From positions 1-45,281 of IMG/VR virus record IMGVR_UViG_3300037424_000380: a stretch of DNA of 45,281 nt, one strand, 5' to 3'. Both the position numbers and the translations under genes were made by a program. The stretch's first letter is position 1. Every line of letters begins with the position of its first letter. Positions 27,980 to 36,245 of the stretch are shown here, piece after piece. This stretch comes from a virus. Lineage: Duplodnaviria > Caudoviricetes. The notes beneath the pieces are model-generated. The model made no database searches, was not told the origin of the DNA, and saw only the letters and a program-made list of their open reading frames with translations.

Positions 27980-28219
27980 TCACTCCTTTTCTTCGTTGTT
28001 TTCGGGATCTTCACGGAACAGTTCGACCGTGACTTTGTAAATATTGCCCATCCGCTTTCCGCCTCTGGAAGTACCAAAGGTAAATGCGTCGTCCGGGTTA
28101 CGCCACAAGACTTTCCCGCCGAGCGACAGTTCGAGCGTTTCGGCTATACCATCGGCAACATAGGCCGTATCGGCTCGCTTGCCAACTGTATACATAACTA
28201 TGGGTTCTTTTGTCATCAT
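27980..28219 (-). CDS. Small paralogue array member (IYKVTVEL)
   Basis: AGGAG RBS; GKVLWRNPDDA motif. Confidence 0.7.
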   Translation of the reverse strand: MMTKEPIVMYTVGKRADTAYVADGIAETLELSLGGKVLWRNPDDAFTFGTSRGGKRMGNIYKVTVELFREDPENNEEKE

Positions 28220-28225
28220 AGGCTC

Positions 28226-28525
28226 CTATCGTTGTTTGAGTTTAAACGCGATGTACTCGTACTGTTCAGGCCGCAACTTGCGCTGCACCAGAGTTACCCG
28301 CCCTTTTTCATAGGCGTGCCACGCCATCTGGCCAAGGGTATGCATAGGCTCATAAAACACATGCATGTAGCTACCGTAGCCCGGCAACAATGTGACCGTC
28401 TCCCGGTCAGCGGCCAGAAACCCACGGTAGTATATGAAATGTGCCCCGGCTCTAGCCGTGTCCAGCCACCGCTGGAATGATGCCACTGTAATTTCGTCAT
28501 GATCCTGTGATATACTTTCTTTCAT
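28226..28525 (-). CDS. Hypothetical protein, possible winged-helix DNA-binding protein
   Basis: WL..A..G..FIYYRGFLA.DR...G.V.LVQRK...YEYIA pattern I associate with alphaproteobacterial phage proteins; first gene of leftward operon. Confidence 0.6.
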   Translation of the reverse strand: MKESISQDHDEITVASFQRWLDTARAGAHFIYYRGFLAADRETVTLLPGYGSYMHVFYEPMHTLGQMAWHAYEKGRVTLVQRKLRPEQYEYIAFKLKQR

Positions 28526-28778
28526 GTCCAACCTATCTGATTATAGGGCCTCAATCAGACGATTGATCGAAGCCGATGACACGAATGAAGCCTTTCAAAT
28601 GGAAGGTTTCACCGCAGAGGTGACTGTGCTTGTTCGAGGCTCGAAATCGTTTATTGCCTCTCGCTCTTTTCACACATATAGCCAGCTGGAAAAAAAGATG
28701 GAATGTGACATTCCGCCACATAGACAGAAAAAACCCAACCTGACATAACGAGCCTCTAGTTTTACAATGGAGGCCACT

Positions 28779-29084
28779 ATGACCGTTACCCAGATCATCC
28801 CGAACGGCACGCGTGTCTATCTCATTAATGTGGACGATTGGCTCACCGCCGATCACTTTTTCCATGTCCCCGCATCCCACACCAATGGCCGCATCGTTGG
28901 CTACATAGGCGACGGCCAGTACCACATCATCACAGATGCCGGTAAAGAGTGGATCTTGGGTGAGGACAGCTTCATGGTCGAACCGGAAGGTACGGCGATT
29001 TTCCCCGACCTTGTATCCGAACTGATCTTCGTTGGATCTTCCGTGCTCGTGCTTCTCATCATCATTATCCCATTCATCTTGTAA
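28779..29084 (+). CDS. Hypothetical protein, SH3/KOW-like with C-terminal TM anchor
   Basis: GGAGG RBS; GTRV...GRIVG...YHI; hydrophobic tail. Confidence 0.6.
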   Translation: MTVTQIIPNGTRVYLINVDDWLTADHFFHVPASHTNGRIVGYIGDGQYHIITDAGKEWILGEDSFMVEPEGTAIFPDLVSELIFVGSSVLVLLIIIIPFIL

Positions 29085-29107
29085 CCACCCAGACAAAGGA
29101 GCCTCTC

Positions 29108-29452
29108 ATGTCTGTAGATTTCTCCCCATTCGAGTTCGATGACACCATCGTCTTCACGCAGTTCATGTTCCCTGACGGCGGGCGTAAGCAAACCCTCGCC
29201 CCGATGCCGAACCCCGCCGAAGAGTGGGCTCCAAAGGTCCAGCGCTTGTTGGACGCCGGTATGACCTTCACCTGTGAGAAACACCCACAGTCACAAATGG
29301 TTACACTCTATGTCAGCGACGACGCTCACGACCGCGATATCGCCACGGTTTGTTTCATGGACAGTTATGGCAGCCCGGACGAGCATCTGAAGAACCTCAT
29401 CACCATGGCTCTCACTCGTTTAAACGAGAGCCCCTTGTCGCAGGAGAACTGA
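29108..29452 (+). CDS. Hypothetical protein
   Basis: AAGGAG RBS; 114 aa. Confidence 0.7.
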   Translation: MSVDFSPFEFDDTIVFTQFMFPDGGRKQTLAPMPNPAEEWAPKVQRLLDAGMTFTCEKHPQSQMVTLYVSDDAHDRDIATVCFMDSYGSPDEHLKNLITMALTRLNESPLSQEN

Positions 29453-29453
29453 C

Positions 29454-30053
29454 ATGTGCAAACCAACTATTCATTGTGATAAACACCAATCGTGCACTTC
29501 CGAAGACGCCGCCGAACAGCTGACAGCGCTGATCAACAGGGAACTGCATCTTTCGATCACGCCATATTACCTGACCCGATTTCTGCGAGAAAATTGGCCT
29601 ACAGTAGCCAAGTTGGCGCACAAGATCATAGGCCACCTCACCCATGTGTCAGACGACGAACCCATCGCCTACCTGCGAGACATCGACGGTACCGGTTCAT
29701 TGCATGCATGTGGCAAGGAAGATCCGGGCGCAATGCCGGTCTATGGCACACCACGAACCACGTCTTATTTCGACCGACTAGTCGTCGAGGCGCACAGGGC
29801 TGCTGAAACAGCCAAGGTGAAGTTCCCGCAACCCAACTACGTCACGCTCAAGATCGCCGAGGAGGCGGGCGAAGTGGTGCGCGGTGCAGTCCACTATCGG
29901 GAGAACCGCATGCCGTGGTTCGCGGTTGAAACCGAGATTATCCAGCTTCTGGCCATGCTCATCCGCTTCGTGACCGAGGGCGACGGGGTAAACAACATTT
30001 ACCCGCCAACGGTGCTAACCGATACACCGGCAAAGAAAGGTAAATCACGATGA
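29454..30053 (+). CDS. Protein with C-terminal MazG-like NTP pyrophosphatase domain
   Basis: LKIAEEAGEVV...ETEIIQLLAMLIRF acidic MazG pattern. Confidence 0.65.
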   Translation: MCKPTIHCDKHQSCTSEDAAEQLTALINRELHLSITPYYLTRFLRENWPTVAKLAHKIIGHLTHVSDDEPIAYLRDIDGTGSLHACGKEDPGAMPVYGTPRTTSYFDRLVVEAHRAAETAKVKFPQPNYVTLKIAEEAGEVVRGAVHYRENRMPWFAVETEIIQLLAMLIRFVTEGDGVNNIYPPTVLTDTPAKKGKSR

Positions 30054-30649
30054 CCGCTAACGTAAAATTTGCATGCCCCAAGTGTGGGGCCACAAGCGGC
30101 GATGACTGGTCTCAATGCCATGGTGTATGCCCGATTGTGTGGTCCCCATATTATGGCATGACCAAACATATAACTGACCACGCTCGCGGTTGTGAAGGAC
30201 GCACCCACACCTGCACATGCGGGTATGACGCGGAACGTGACGCCGACCTCACGGCATTGAGGGAGGAGAACGAGCAGCTGCGGGCAGCGTGCAACCAAGC
30301 CCGGTTGGCGTTCTCCGGCATGGTCAGCGTGCAGTCAGCTATTGACGTACTCGACAAAGCCCCCGCCAACGCCACCGCAGCCTTGTCCGCAGCCCCTGCT
30401 GTGGGGGTAAAAGCACTGAAATGGTTGGCAGACTATAATAGGCAGTACGCCTATGCTCTTTTCGGAGGAACCTATATCATCACCGAATATGCTGGCATGT
30501 CAGAGCCATTTTCACTTGAGGCGCGCGGATTTTCTGGTTCTTTGTCTCGCTATTTCCCCACCCTAGAAGCCGCCAAAGCCGCAGCACAATCCGACTACGA
30601 GGCCCGCATTCGCTCCGCCCTCACCACGGATGGCAAGGACAATGGGTGA
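30050..30649 (+). CDS. Mosaic hypothetical protein with Cys/His clusters and coiled coil
   Basis: CPKC..C...CP, H...C....CTCG, LREENEQLR, FPTLEAAKAAAQSDYEARI modules. Confidence 0.65.
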   Translation: MTANVKFACPKCGATSGDDWSQCHGVCPIVWSPYYGMTKHITDHARGCEGRTHTCTCGYDAERDADLTALREENEQLRAACNQARLAFSGMVSVQSAIDVLDKAPANATAALSAAPAVGVKALKWLADYNRQYAYALFGGTYIITEYAGMSEPFSLEARGFSGSLSRYFPTLEAAKAAAQSDYEARIRSALTTDGKDNG

Positions 30650-30881
30650 CGTAAAACCCAAAACGATCAAGCGCCGCACCATGGTTGAACTTTTAGCGGC
30701 GGTGTATGAGCACCACGGGTGGTGCCGCAAGGAAGGCGAGAGCCGTCCTAGGCGCGTTCAAGATATCTATGAGATCACGGCGAACTCTGGGCGCAACACT
30801 TATATCGCAACTCCTCGCGACAACGAGCCGCCGAAATCAGAAGTTGACGAAGCTGGCAACATCGGCTGGATGGTCCCGTGA
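30642..30881 (+). CDS. Hypothetical protein
   Basis: AAGGA RBS before MGDVK. Confidence 0.55.
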   Translation: MGDVKPKTIKRRTMVELLAAVYEHHGWCRKEGESRPRRVQDIYEITANSGRNTYIATPRDNEPPKSEVDEAGNIGWMVP

Positions 30882-31018
30882 CACTACAGCAACGCGCAGC
30901 GGCGATTTTCAAGTGGGGTAGTCTATATCCCACGATATGGCCATTGTATCAAGTGTGGGCCGCAAGGCTATACCAGCAAGACCGTATTGAGCGTGGTGTA
31001 GAGGAAGACCAGTTGTAA
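30878..31018 (+). CDS. Possible 46-aa protein (GTG start)
   Basis: GTGA overlap; read manually. Confidence 0.35.
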   Translation: MTLQQRAAAIFKWGSLYPTIWPLYQVWAARLYQQDRIERGVEEDQL

Positions 31019-31107
31019 CAATTCGTGATCATTCGTGATCTTGACCGCCACACCGCCACACCGCCACATGCCACAAACGTCCTGCACACAAACCACAGGA
31101 GACACGC

Positions 31108-31305
31108 ATGGAAAAGCTGAAAAAGATCTTTCAAGGCATGACTTTCCGCAAGCCGCATGTTGATGACACCCTACGTCATGTCTTCCATGGCCTGCACGGC
31201 GTGTACTTCGGCAGCGTCTTCCTTGAAGGCCACGGCGTCTACGCCATGGCTAGCGGCGGGTTGCTCGTCCTTCTCGTGCTGAACTATTTCCTCCATTTCG
31301 ATTGA
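31108..31305 (+). CDS. Small His-rich membrane protein
   Basis: AGGAG RBS; HGVY repeated twice; hydrophobic C-half. Confidence 0.7.
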   Translation: MEKLKKIFQGMTFRKPHVDDTLRHVFHGLHGVYFGSVFLEGHGVYAMASGGLLVLLVLNYFLHFD

Positions 31306-31316
31306 GGGGGCAAGCT

Positions 31317-31487
31317 ATGTGCAAGGTTGTCATCAAGTTCCTGACTATCGAGCGGCATCGCCGTTACCAGATCACAATCACCTCCGGCATCTTTGTTGCC
31401 ACCCTTACCGGAGTATTGTGGCCCGACTACTCCTACGCCAGCGCCCTTGCTGGCGTCGTCACCAACCTGATCTGGATATGGGAGTAA
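31317..31487 (+). CDS. Small membrane protein
   Basis: GAGG RBS; two hydrophobic segments. Confidence 0.6.
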   Translation: MCKVVIKFLTIERHRRYQITITSGIFVATLTGVLWPDYSYASALAGVVTNLIWIWE

Positions 31488-31523
31488 TCCCATATCCTCA
31501 TCGTTTAAACACGGAGACATCCA

Positions 31524-31649
31524 ATGACCGAAAACCACGTCACATACTTGCTATCCATCGTCTTCGCGGCGATCCTGATCATCGGTGTCACGGATAACCT
31601 TGTCACATTCCGCACCGCACATATGGAGGCGTCCTATGACTGCCGCTGA
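31524..31649 (+). CDS. Small membrane peptide (41 aa)
   Basis: GGAG RBS; YLLSIVFAAILIIGV; read manually. Confidence 0.5.
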   Translation: MTENHVTYLLSIVFAAILIIGVTDNLVTFRTAHMEASYDCR

Positions 31650-31776
31650 GACAACCGCTTCGCTCGGCCAGATCCTTATGATGTACGGCGGCTTTATCAT
31701 TTTCGCCATTATCGCATGCGCCATCGGCCTTTGGCTGCTTGGCCCCGAACCCGGAGACGACGACCATGACCACTAA
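31636..31776 (+). CDS. Small membrane peptide
   Basis: GGAGG RBS; single TM helix. Confidence 0.55.
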   Translation: MTAAETTASLGQILMMYGGFIIFAIIACAIGLWLLGPEPGDDDHDH

Positions 31777-32077
31777 CCTGTACCCACGCGACTACCTGCT
31801 ACTGCAAAACGTTGTCGAGCGGCAAGAGGAACTAAACGCCGCATTGTCCGGCAAAATCGTCATCATGGCCAGTGGCATATACGCCGGTCGCCGTGGTCGT
31901 GTTGACAGCGTCCAAATGCATTCGGGCTACAACCCCGGCTGGCTGTTCTACATTCGCCTGTCCGAACCCGGCTGGGACGACTATTTCTACAACCTGATCG
32001 TCGCTCGCCACAACGAATTCCAGTTCGAGGATGCCCAAACGCCGGGAGAGCCTGATCATGGCCCCACGCAAGCTTAA
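31766..32077 (+). CDS. Hypothetical protein, KOW-like motif
   Basis: GKIVIMASGIYAGRRGRV. Confidence 0.6.
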   Translation: MTTNLYPRDYLLLQNVVERQEELNAALSGKIVIMASGIYAGRRGRVDSVQMHSGYNPGWLFYIRLSEPGWDDYFYNLIVARHNEFQFEDAQTPGEPDHGPTQA

Positions 32078-32282
32078 TCAGAAGGAATACGAGTTCCTGA
32101 CAGCCTGTTGCGATTGTGCGCCTTACCGTGGGCTCATGGCTCCGCCTGAGTACAAAAAGGCCGCGACTTCGTTATTGCGCAAAGGCTTGTTGTGGAATTT
32201 GGGCTTTTCCGACTTTCGCGTCTATATCGCAACCGAGAAAGGTCGCAAGCTTTGTGCGGAACTTCACACAAACTTCGTTTAA
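32058..32282 (+). CDS. Hypothetical protein, winged-helix-like
   Basis: SLLRKGLL...VYIATEKGRKL wHTH-type ending. Confidence 0.6.
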   Translation: MAPRKLNQKEYEFLTACCDCAPYRGLMAPPEYKKAATSLLRKGLLWNLGFSDFRVYIATEKGRKLCAELHTNFV

Positions 32283-32297
32283 ACAAGGAAACTAACC

Positions 32298-32480
32298 ATG
32301 AGCAATGAAACCAAAATCACCTTCTGGCAGCGTTATCTCGGCCCGCAAGGCCCACACCTGAGCCATCGAACCTTTTTCACCCAGACCGAACGGCCCGCAC
32401 CTGCCGACACACAGTGCAGTATTCACCCGCGTGTCGTCCGTGGCAGAACAGTCCATCCCAAGGTCAACACCTGCAAATAG
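32298..32480 (+). CDS. Hypothetical protein
   Basis: AAGGA RBS. Confidence 0.5.
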   Translation: MSNETKITFWQRYLGPQGPHLSHRTFFTQTERPAPADTQCSIHPRVVRGRTVHPKVNTCK

Positions 32481-32489
32481 GAGCTTGCC

Positions 32490-32834
32490 ATGATTGTCAT
32501 ATCACACGATCTCGCAACCGTGCTGCACAAATGGTGGCACGGTGCCCATGCCGCGTATCCCATATATGCTACTCACTGTTATGGCTTGTGCTTCTTTGTC
32601 GAGACGTATGGCGCATTCCAGACAGATATGGAGTTATCTGCTCTTCTGTGGCAAGAGTTTGGCGAAACGGCGTCTGTACCATTCAATCATGGGGTTTTAT
32701 CGGAATACCATGACGAGCGTAAGAATTTCGCTTGCCATCGAAACGAAAAGCGTCTAGCTTGGGTGAAAGCGAAACTCGACGCCTACGATGCAGCACAACG
32801 CACAAAGGAGATTGACCATGAGCATGAAGATTGA
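32490..32834 (+). CDS. Hypothetical protein, paralogue of 33569-33907
   Basis: AGGAG RBS; shared GLC, PFN, HxN..R..WV motifs. Confidence 0.75.
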   Translation: MIVISHDLATVLHKWWHGAHAAYPIYATHCYGLCFFVETYGAFQTDMELSALLWQEFGETASVPFNHGVLSEYHDERKNFACHRNEKRLAWVKAKLDAYDAAQRTKEIDHEHED

Positions 32835-33039
32835 GGCCACCAAGGGCAAAAGCCCATATGCCAAGTATCAAAAACTCCCCTACCGCTACGGTGAAAACTA
32901 TCAGCGGTGGGCCAAAGCCGTGGCCGAAACCGGCCTGCTATCCGCCCAGACCATGGCAGCGGACGCAGCTTTTCGCATGGAATTCGGTATTCCAGCCCGA
33001 CGTCACTTCGGCGATTTCAGTCTGGAGGATCTGACATGA
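32818..33039 (+). CDS. Hypothetical protein
   Basis: AAGGAG RBS before MSMKIE. Confidence 0.65.
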   Translation: MSMKIEATKGKSPYAKYQKLPYRYGENYQRWAKAVAETGLLSAQTMAADAAFRMEFGIPARRHFGDFSLEDLT

Positions 33040-33137
33040 AACCGTCCAGCGATCCATACACCCGTATGATGTGGGTTGTCATCGTCGTGTACGCCATTGC
33101 CCTGTTCCTTGTCCTCGGCGTGGTGTTACCGGCATGA
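33036..33137 (+). CDS. Small membrane peptide
   Basis: GGAGG RBS; single TM helix. Confidence 0.5.
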   Translation: MKPSSDPYTRMMWVVIVVYAIALFLVLGVVLPA

Positions 33138-33345
33138 CAACGTTCATCTACCGTGTGTTTTACAGCGCTCTGATCGCTGCCGCTATTCTCGGCATCGCCC
33201 ACGAAATGGCAACGCTGTTACCATAATTACGCGACGTTCCCGTGGCAGTCCATCGCGGGAATGGTGCAAGAGGAAAGCCGGGGGGTGAATAGGCGCGTTC
33301 TCCGGCTTTCCTATACCCGCACCACACCATGCGTTTAAACACAGA

Positions 33346-33531
33346 TTATCACTCTGCCGTAGTCTGATCAATTGATAATCTGATAATATGGGGGGTAGTT
33401 TATCAACGGCCATCATTGAAATCATTACGCTTTTATCAAAAAGGGTGTAGTTGGAGAGTGTAACCTATTGATTTTAAAGCACGATTATCAGATTATCAAA
33501 ATTTCATTGACACCCACGCCTGATTTGATAA
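33346..33531. repeat. TGATAA repeat cluster 1
   Basis: Eight TGATAA/TTATCA hexamers; TTGATAATCTGATAA at 33372 and inverted at 33485. Confidence 0.85.
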
Positions 33532-33534
33532 ACT
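33507..33534 (+). promoter_or_regulatory. Sigma70-like promoter
   Basis: TTGACA-16 bp-TAAACT with TG extension. Confidence 0.6.
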
Positions 33535-33568
33535 TCACCTGTCAACAACACACCACGAGGAACCTACC

Positions 33569-33907
33569 ATGACCACGATATCACCCGATCTTGCTAAGAT
33601 CCTTCGCCAGTGGCAACGCGACTACAAAGCGCCTGACAACTCAACCGAAAGCTACCGCGTACGGCACAACGGCTTGTGTTATTATGTCGATGTCTATGGC
33701 TATCGAGCCGTTCTTTGCGAGCTTACGGTTCATCTTCAAGCCGATTGCGGTACCGCAATATACCCATTCAACACTTCGCATCGCAGCTATTGGCTTGAAT
33801 GCGACATAGGTGCGGCCCATACCAATCCACGGCGCAAAAAGTGGGTCGCCAAGAAGCTCGCCGAGTACCGCGCTGCAAATCGCAAACCCAAAGGAGAAAG
33901 CAAATGA
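33569..33907 (+). CDS. Hypothetical protein, paralogue of 32490-32834
   Basis: GAGG RBS; shared motifs. Confidence 0.75.
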   Translation: MTTISPDLAKILRQWQRDYKAPDNSTESYRVRHNGLCYYVDVYGYRAVLCELTVHLQADCGTAIYPFNTSHRSYWLECDIGAAHTNPRRKKWVAKKLAEYRAANRKPKGESK

Positions 33908-34122
33908 CCAACAGACAGCCCAAATTCGACACGCTCGAATTCATCATGCAGTACGAAGACGGCAGCCTGACCGAGGAAGAAACCATCGCCGGTTTCCAAC
34001 ACTTGATCAACACCGGCCTTGCATGGCAGCTACAGGGCAGCTATGGCCGTATTGCCGCACACCTGATCGGAGCCGGACTTTGCCACGACGGCAGCGGGTT
34101 TCCCATGGAGGCCAGCCACTAA
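33904..34122 (+). CDS. Conserved small phage protein (IMQYEDG...FQHLINTGLAWQLQGSYGR)
   Basis: AAGGAG RBS; motif familiar from phage early regions. Confidence 0.75.
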   Translation: MTNRQPKFDTLEFIMQYEDGSLTEEETIAGFQHLINTGLAWQLQGSYGRIAAHLIGAGLCHDGSGFPMEASH

Positions 34123-34155
34123 CAGCAACACAACCACAACACAGGAACCACGACA

Positions 34156-34353
34156 ATGCACCCCATCAACCTCAACGCCTACGCCCACACACCGCTCGCC
34201 CAGATTGGCCGCGTGATCCGTTGGCACGAAGAACTGGCCACGTATTACACCGGGCGGCTCGCCGCTCAGCACCGGGCCAAGGCGAACGCTCTCCGGGCCA
34301 CGATCACGGCCCTCTTCCTCCAACGCTTCACCGCTGGCGACTACGCCGCATAA
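34156..34353 (+). CDS. Hypothetical protein
   Basis: AGGA RBS. Confidence 0.6.
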   Translation: MHPINLNAYAHTPLAQIGRVIRWHEELATYYTGRLAAQHRAKANALRATITALFLQRFTAGDYAA

Positions 34354-34370
34354 CCACAGGAGTACCGACC

Positions 34371-34604
34371 ATGAACGTAAGCACCTACAATTTCGCCCAC
34401 TACCGCCTGACAGCCGGACCGCGCAACACCTACATCCTGTTCGACCGGCAGCAAGATCTTGTCCTCAACATCGCCGAAGATGAATTCAACTTCATCATGA
34501 ACGCCGAGACAATTGAGGACCGGCTGACCTCCTGCCGTGAAGTCGTGGAAGAACACGCGGAGCAAGAACACGATTTCGCCTTGCACGGCTCACTGGAAGG
34601 CTGA
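34371..34604 (+). CDS. Hypothetical acidic protein
   Basis: AGGAG RBS before MNVSTY. Confidence 0.65.
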   Translation: MNVSTYNFAHYRLTAGPRNTYILFDRQQDLVLNIAEDEFNFIMNAETIEDRLTSCREVVEEHAEQEHDFALHGSLEG

Positions 34605-34619
34605 CAGACACGATCATGG

Positions 34620-34652
34620 GCTAGGGCGGGTCACACTGCCCTAGCTTTTTTC
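34620..34652 (+). terminator. Rho-independent terminator
   Basis: GCTAGGGC/GCCCTAGC stem then TTTTTT. Confidence 0.75.
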
Positions 34653-34680
34653 TTGCGCTCTACGGGCCATGTGCTACAAT
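34653..34680 (+). promoter_or_regulatory. Sigma70-like promoter
   Basis: TTGCGC-16 bp-TACAAT with TG extension. Confidence 0.55.
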
Positions 34681-34715
34681 GCGACTAGTCGTTAACAACC
34701 AATGAGGACAGCCCC

Positions 34716-34919
34716 ATGCAGAAGATCTATCTCGACTACGGTCGCGCACCAGTCCGTAACGATCACTATGTCGCCAGACGCGTGTTCCGCTATGCGTTTA
34801 AATCCGCAGACAACACGATCAACATTGGTTCGGTTGTGGCCTACACAAGGCCCGGCGCGATTACCACATTGCAGCTTGATCCGTCCCGCGTGACTGACAA
34901 GCTGAAGGAGATCTTGTGA
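34716..34919 (+). CDS. Hypothetical protein
   Basis: GAGGA RBS. Confidence 0.6.
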   Translation: MQKIYLDYGRAPVRNDHYVARRVFRYAFKSADNTINIGSVVAYTRPGAITTLQLDPSRVTDKLKEIL

Positions 34920-35236
34920 TGGCCGCCGAATGCAGAGAATGTGGTTGCCCGATCAACAGCGGACGGACAGGCGTTTATTTCTGTTCACCAGAGCACCGCA
35001 AGACGTGGAACAACCGACGCGCCGTGCGCGGCGCTGAGTTGTATGATCTGTTCATGGCCAATCGCTTTGAGCGGCAGTTGGCCACGGACAAGCACATGTG
35101 GTCGATCATGACCAATCTCGCCTCCGCCTATCGGGACGCAGACAAGGCGTTGCGGAGCGGCAGGCGGTCATGGGACGCCAAGGAAACACTTGCCCGGTTG
35201 CCAATGGCATTCGGCACAGATGGAGACAAACGCTAA
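34919..35236 (+). CDS. Zinc-finger protein
   Basis: CRECG...FCSPEH treble-clef-like motif followed by NNRRAVRGAELYDLFMA helix. Confidence 0.7.
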   Translation: MAAECRECGCPINSGRTGVYFCSPEHRKTWNNRRAVRGAELYDLFMANRFERQLATDKHMWSIMTNLASAYRDADKALRSGRRSWDAKETLARLPMAFGTDGDKR

Positions 35237-35306
35237 TGGGTATCTATGTATTCCTCTCCATTATGGTGTTTTTCATCGTGATGGCCTCACAACAGGAGAT
35301 TGATTG

Positions 35307-35510
35307 ATGTCACATGATCTGAAATCACTGATTGGCCCCGTCGTGCACATGGAGGTGGTCGCATGGTATCAGGGCTATGAGGCGCGATACGCCAGCCGTG
35401 GCAAAGGTGCCAACCCCTATGCAAGCCATGTGTTCGGCCCCGAATGGCTGAACGGCTGGCAATTGGCGGATGAGGAACTGAGAGTGAACGGGACGTATCT
35501 GATTCGCTAG
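35307..35510 (+). CDS. Rmf/CrpP-like domain protein
   Basis: AWYQGYEA...NPY...EWLNGW matches ribosome modulation factor-like signature. Confidence 0.6.
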   Translation: MSHDLKSLIGPVVHMEVVAWYQGYEARYASRGKGANPYASHVFGPEWLNGWQLADEELRVNGTYLIR

Positions 35511-35541
35511 CCATGGGCCGTGGGGGGGGGGGGACAAGCGA

Positions 35542-35569
35542 AAGGGGGCGATTGTGGCCCCTTCTCTTT
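35542..35569. terminator. Terminator between convergent operons
   Basis: AAGGGGGC/GCCCCTT stem, T-rich tail; preceded by G12 run at 35522-35533. Confidence 0.55.
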
Positions 35570-35605
35570 GTGCGTTTGGTGTTGTGCGTTTAAACGCGAG
35601 TGGTG

Positions 35606-36232
35606 TCATGCCTGCCGTTGGAAGATTGTGTGGCAGGTGTTGCAAGTGCAATCAAAGGCGTCTCGGGCAACACGGACCCGCAACGGCGGTTCGCAAGCGC
35701 ATGTGAAGAGGCGAAGTCGTGAGCCAGATCCGACGCCACGGGACTTGCCACCACGCGTGCCAATCGCTGCCGTGCATGGCTTGGGGCCGGTCTTGCGACC
35801 AAAGTCGAGCGTGACTGGCTCACCATCGTCCGGCTTGGGTATGTCAGCGATTGCATCCCGAATGTCAGGGGCGAACATAGACCAGATGTAGCTTGTGCCA
35901 GCGGCACGCGAACGACGCAGACCGAGTTTTTCGCAAGCCGCTTTCCACTCCGGGCCATGACCGGCAGACCATCCGGCGAGCACATGAGCAAGCTCGTGGA
36001 TCGTGGTCCCTGCCAGTTGTGTGATCGATGACTGGTTGAAGGCGGAAATCTCCACGAATGGAGCTTTGCTGTCAGCCTTGCCCCATTTGTCGTAGTATGT
36101 CACGCCACGCACGCCGTTAGGACCAGCGCCATAGGCGAGCTTGACATTCTTGCATGTGCATTGCTCCACGGACGATAGACGCGAACAAGCTATGTCCGCG
36201 ACCTTGTGAACGAAGTCTTCGTGGGTAAACAT
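35606..36232 (-). CDS. SprT-like zincin metalloprotease with C-terminal Zn ribbon
   Basis: TIHELAH...GHGPEWK...LG; CAC...CNTC. Confidence 0.8.
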   Translation of the reverse strand: MFTHEDFVHKVADIACSRLSSVEQCTCKNVKLAYGAGPNGVRGVTYYDKWGKADSKAPFVEISAFNQSSITQLAGTTIHELAHVLAGWSAGHGPEWKAACEKLGLRRSRAAGTSYIWSMFAPDIRDAIADIPKPDDGEPVTLDFGRKTGPKPCTAAIGTRGGKSRGVGSGSRLRLFTCACEPPLRVRVARDAFDCTCNTCHTIFQRQA

Positions 36233-36245
36233 GTCAGTCTCCTTT

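Noticed and set aside
28524-28748. 74-aa ORF in the divergent control region
   Set aside because: No RBS and it overlaps the divergent start and promoter-like elements; cannot be supported
28226-28779. Lysogeny switch (cI/cro) at the divergent junction
   Set aside because: No classical HTH-S24 repressor, integrase or partition genes recognised
33810-34370. N-terminal extension making a 264-aa ORF
   Set aside because: Overlaps three better-supported genes; the real start is likely 34371 with an AGGAG RBS
35522-35533. G12 homopolymer as phase-variation switch
   Set aside because: It lies downstream of both convergent genes, so length change would alter no reading frame or promoter; may be a sequencing artefact
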